Sequence record: ON529857.1
Length of the DNA: 64,000 nt
Reading direction: 5' to 3' (one strand)
The notes beneath the pieces are model-generated. The model did no database searches, had not been told where the DNA came from, and saw only the letters and a list, made by a program, of their open reading frames with translations. A program made the position numbers and the translations under genes. Positions 62,895-64,000 of the stretch are shown here, one piece after another (position 1 is the stretch's first letter; each line of letters starts with the position of its first letter).

Positions 62895-63476
62895 TTAGGC
62901 ATCCAGGATCGCCTTACGTTGTCGCGGGACGCGCCCCGTCGGGGCCTTGCCGGTGGTCAGATTGGTGATGACCTGCTCGGCCAGGACGCGGCGCGGATCG
63001 CCCGCCTTCAGCAACCCTTCGACCGGCTGCACCACACCGGCGGCGAGCGAGCGATCCACCGCCACCACCTCGCCCATGCGCTTGCGCCCGGCGCCGTCGA
63101 TCCATTCGATCTGTTCGCGGTCCTTGGCGGGGAAGCGGTAGCCGGTGCGCATCACCCATTCGCTCGTGACCTGGCGCAGGGCGAAGTCGAGGTGATGGGT
63201 GATGTCGCGCAGGATCAGGCACAGACCCATGTCGGCGGGCCAGGAGTTCTCGTTCTTCAGGTGACAGGCGGCGCGAAAGCCGTCCGCCCCGCTACGCCGC
63301 ACCGCCGCGATCACGCCGGCGCAAATCTCATGCGGCTCCAGCGCCGGCACACGCGGGCGAAGCCAGTCCAGCAGAGCGGGGATGTGGGCCTCGACCGAGC
63401 GGGCGATCACCGCATCCGCGAGAGGGTCGGGGCGGCCGTCGCCTTCGGGCAGCGGGCTGAGAGGGGCAGGAGCCAT
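62895..63476 (-). CDS. Hypothetical protein, 193 aa
   Basis: Long ORF starting after the non-coding repeat region. Confidence 0.65.
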   Translation of the reverse strand: MAPAPLSPLPEGDGRPDPLADAVIARSVEAHIPALLDWLRPRVPALEPHEICAGVIAAVRRSGADGFRAACHLKNENSWPADMGLCLILRDITHHLDFALRQVTSEWVMRTGYRFPAKDREQIEWIDGAGRKRMGEVVAVDRSLAAGVVQPVEGLLKAGDPRRVLAEQVITNLTTGKAPTGRVPRQRKAILDA

Positions 63477-63678
63477 GTGTACCAGTTACGCAGGCGGGTA
63501 TAGCCCCGCTAACTGGCGAGTTTCTCTCACAATTTACAGCGAATGTCAAGAATCGCCACAAACGGAGTCAGTCTTACCGACAGACAACGGCGACGTCAAC
63601 CCTGTAGCGAGCGAAGTGGAATCAGCGTGGGTGTGGCCGGCAAATTCAAAATTCGTCAAAAGAGCGATTCTGATTTTA

Positions 63679-63819
63679 CCCTACCCCTATCATGTGAAGT
63701 AAGTAAGTTTTATATGGTAAAAAGAGTATTAAGGTGGAATTGATAATTAGCGGCGTTGAGAGGCCGATTCTCCATTTCCCCTACCCCTATCATGTGAAGT
63801 AAGTAACTTTTATATGGTA
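63679..63819. repeat. 41-bp AT-rich direct repeat, two copies 100 bp apart
   Basis: CCCTACCCCTATCATGTGAAGTAAGTAA(G/C)TTTTATATGGTA at 63679 and 63779. Confidence 0.9.
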
Positions 63820-63866
63820 GATAAAGTAAATAGCCCTCCCAGCGCCCTTCGGCACCTCGTCTCGTA

Positions 63867-64000
63867 AACTCACTCTTTCATGTTCCTTACAAAGCCCCAT
63901 AAAGAGGTGGGTTCCGGCCTGGGGTGGTTATCTCTAACTCACTCTTTCATGTTCCTTACAAAGCCCCATAAAGAGGTGGGTTCCGGCCTGGGGTGGTTAT
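63867..64000. repeat. 69-bp-period tandem repeat (runs to window edge)
   Basis: AACTCACTCTTTCATGTTCC...GGGGTGGTTAT identical at 63867 and 63936. Confidence 0.9.

Noticed and set aside
1-64000. tRNA, tmRNA or rRNA genes
   Set aside because: No cloverleaf with T-loop GTTCRA and acceptor stem, and no rRNA-like segment, recognised by eye; a tRNAscan-SE/Aragorn run would be needed to exclude them formally.

Overview
This is a 64-kb segment of a large, GC-rich lytic siphophage of the phiCbK/Dolichocephalovirinae type; the likely host is Caulobacter or Brevundimonas. Essentially all real genes are on the minus strand. In transcription order (right to left) the window holds: an AT-rich repeat region (63.6-64 kb); a RuvC-like resolvase, TerS and an intein-containing TerL (57.4-62.4 kb); a ~32-kb array of about 40 self-contained expression cassettes (23.4-55.5 kb); a secreted-type trypsin-like protease and the portal (20.0-23.1 kb); accessory genes (HD, DHH and DEDDh hydrolases, a cupin, an Ntn-hydrolase, a Phd-like protein, an HNH nuclease; 5-19.9 kb); and the scaffold, major capsid and minor capsid genes (2.2-4.8 kb). 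Each cassette has its own TTGACA-N17-TAnnnn promoter, GGAGACA ribosome-binding site, terminator and TTAA (CtrA-type) boxes; cargo includes ArdC and a minimal ArfA-like protein. Four items stand out. (1) A ~600-nt ORF-less, plus-strand structured RNA at ~545-1144 carries a group I ribozyme core but has no host gene. (2) The cassette array itself. (3) Terminator hairpins whose loops are exactly complementary to the array's shared RBS. (4) Three composite repeat elements with a conserved ~1.1-kb internal spacing that subdivide the array. No tRNA, rRNA or CRISPR array was seen. All protein calls come from motif recognition by eye; no database search was run.
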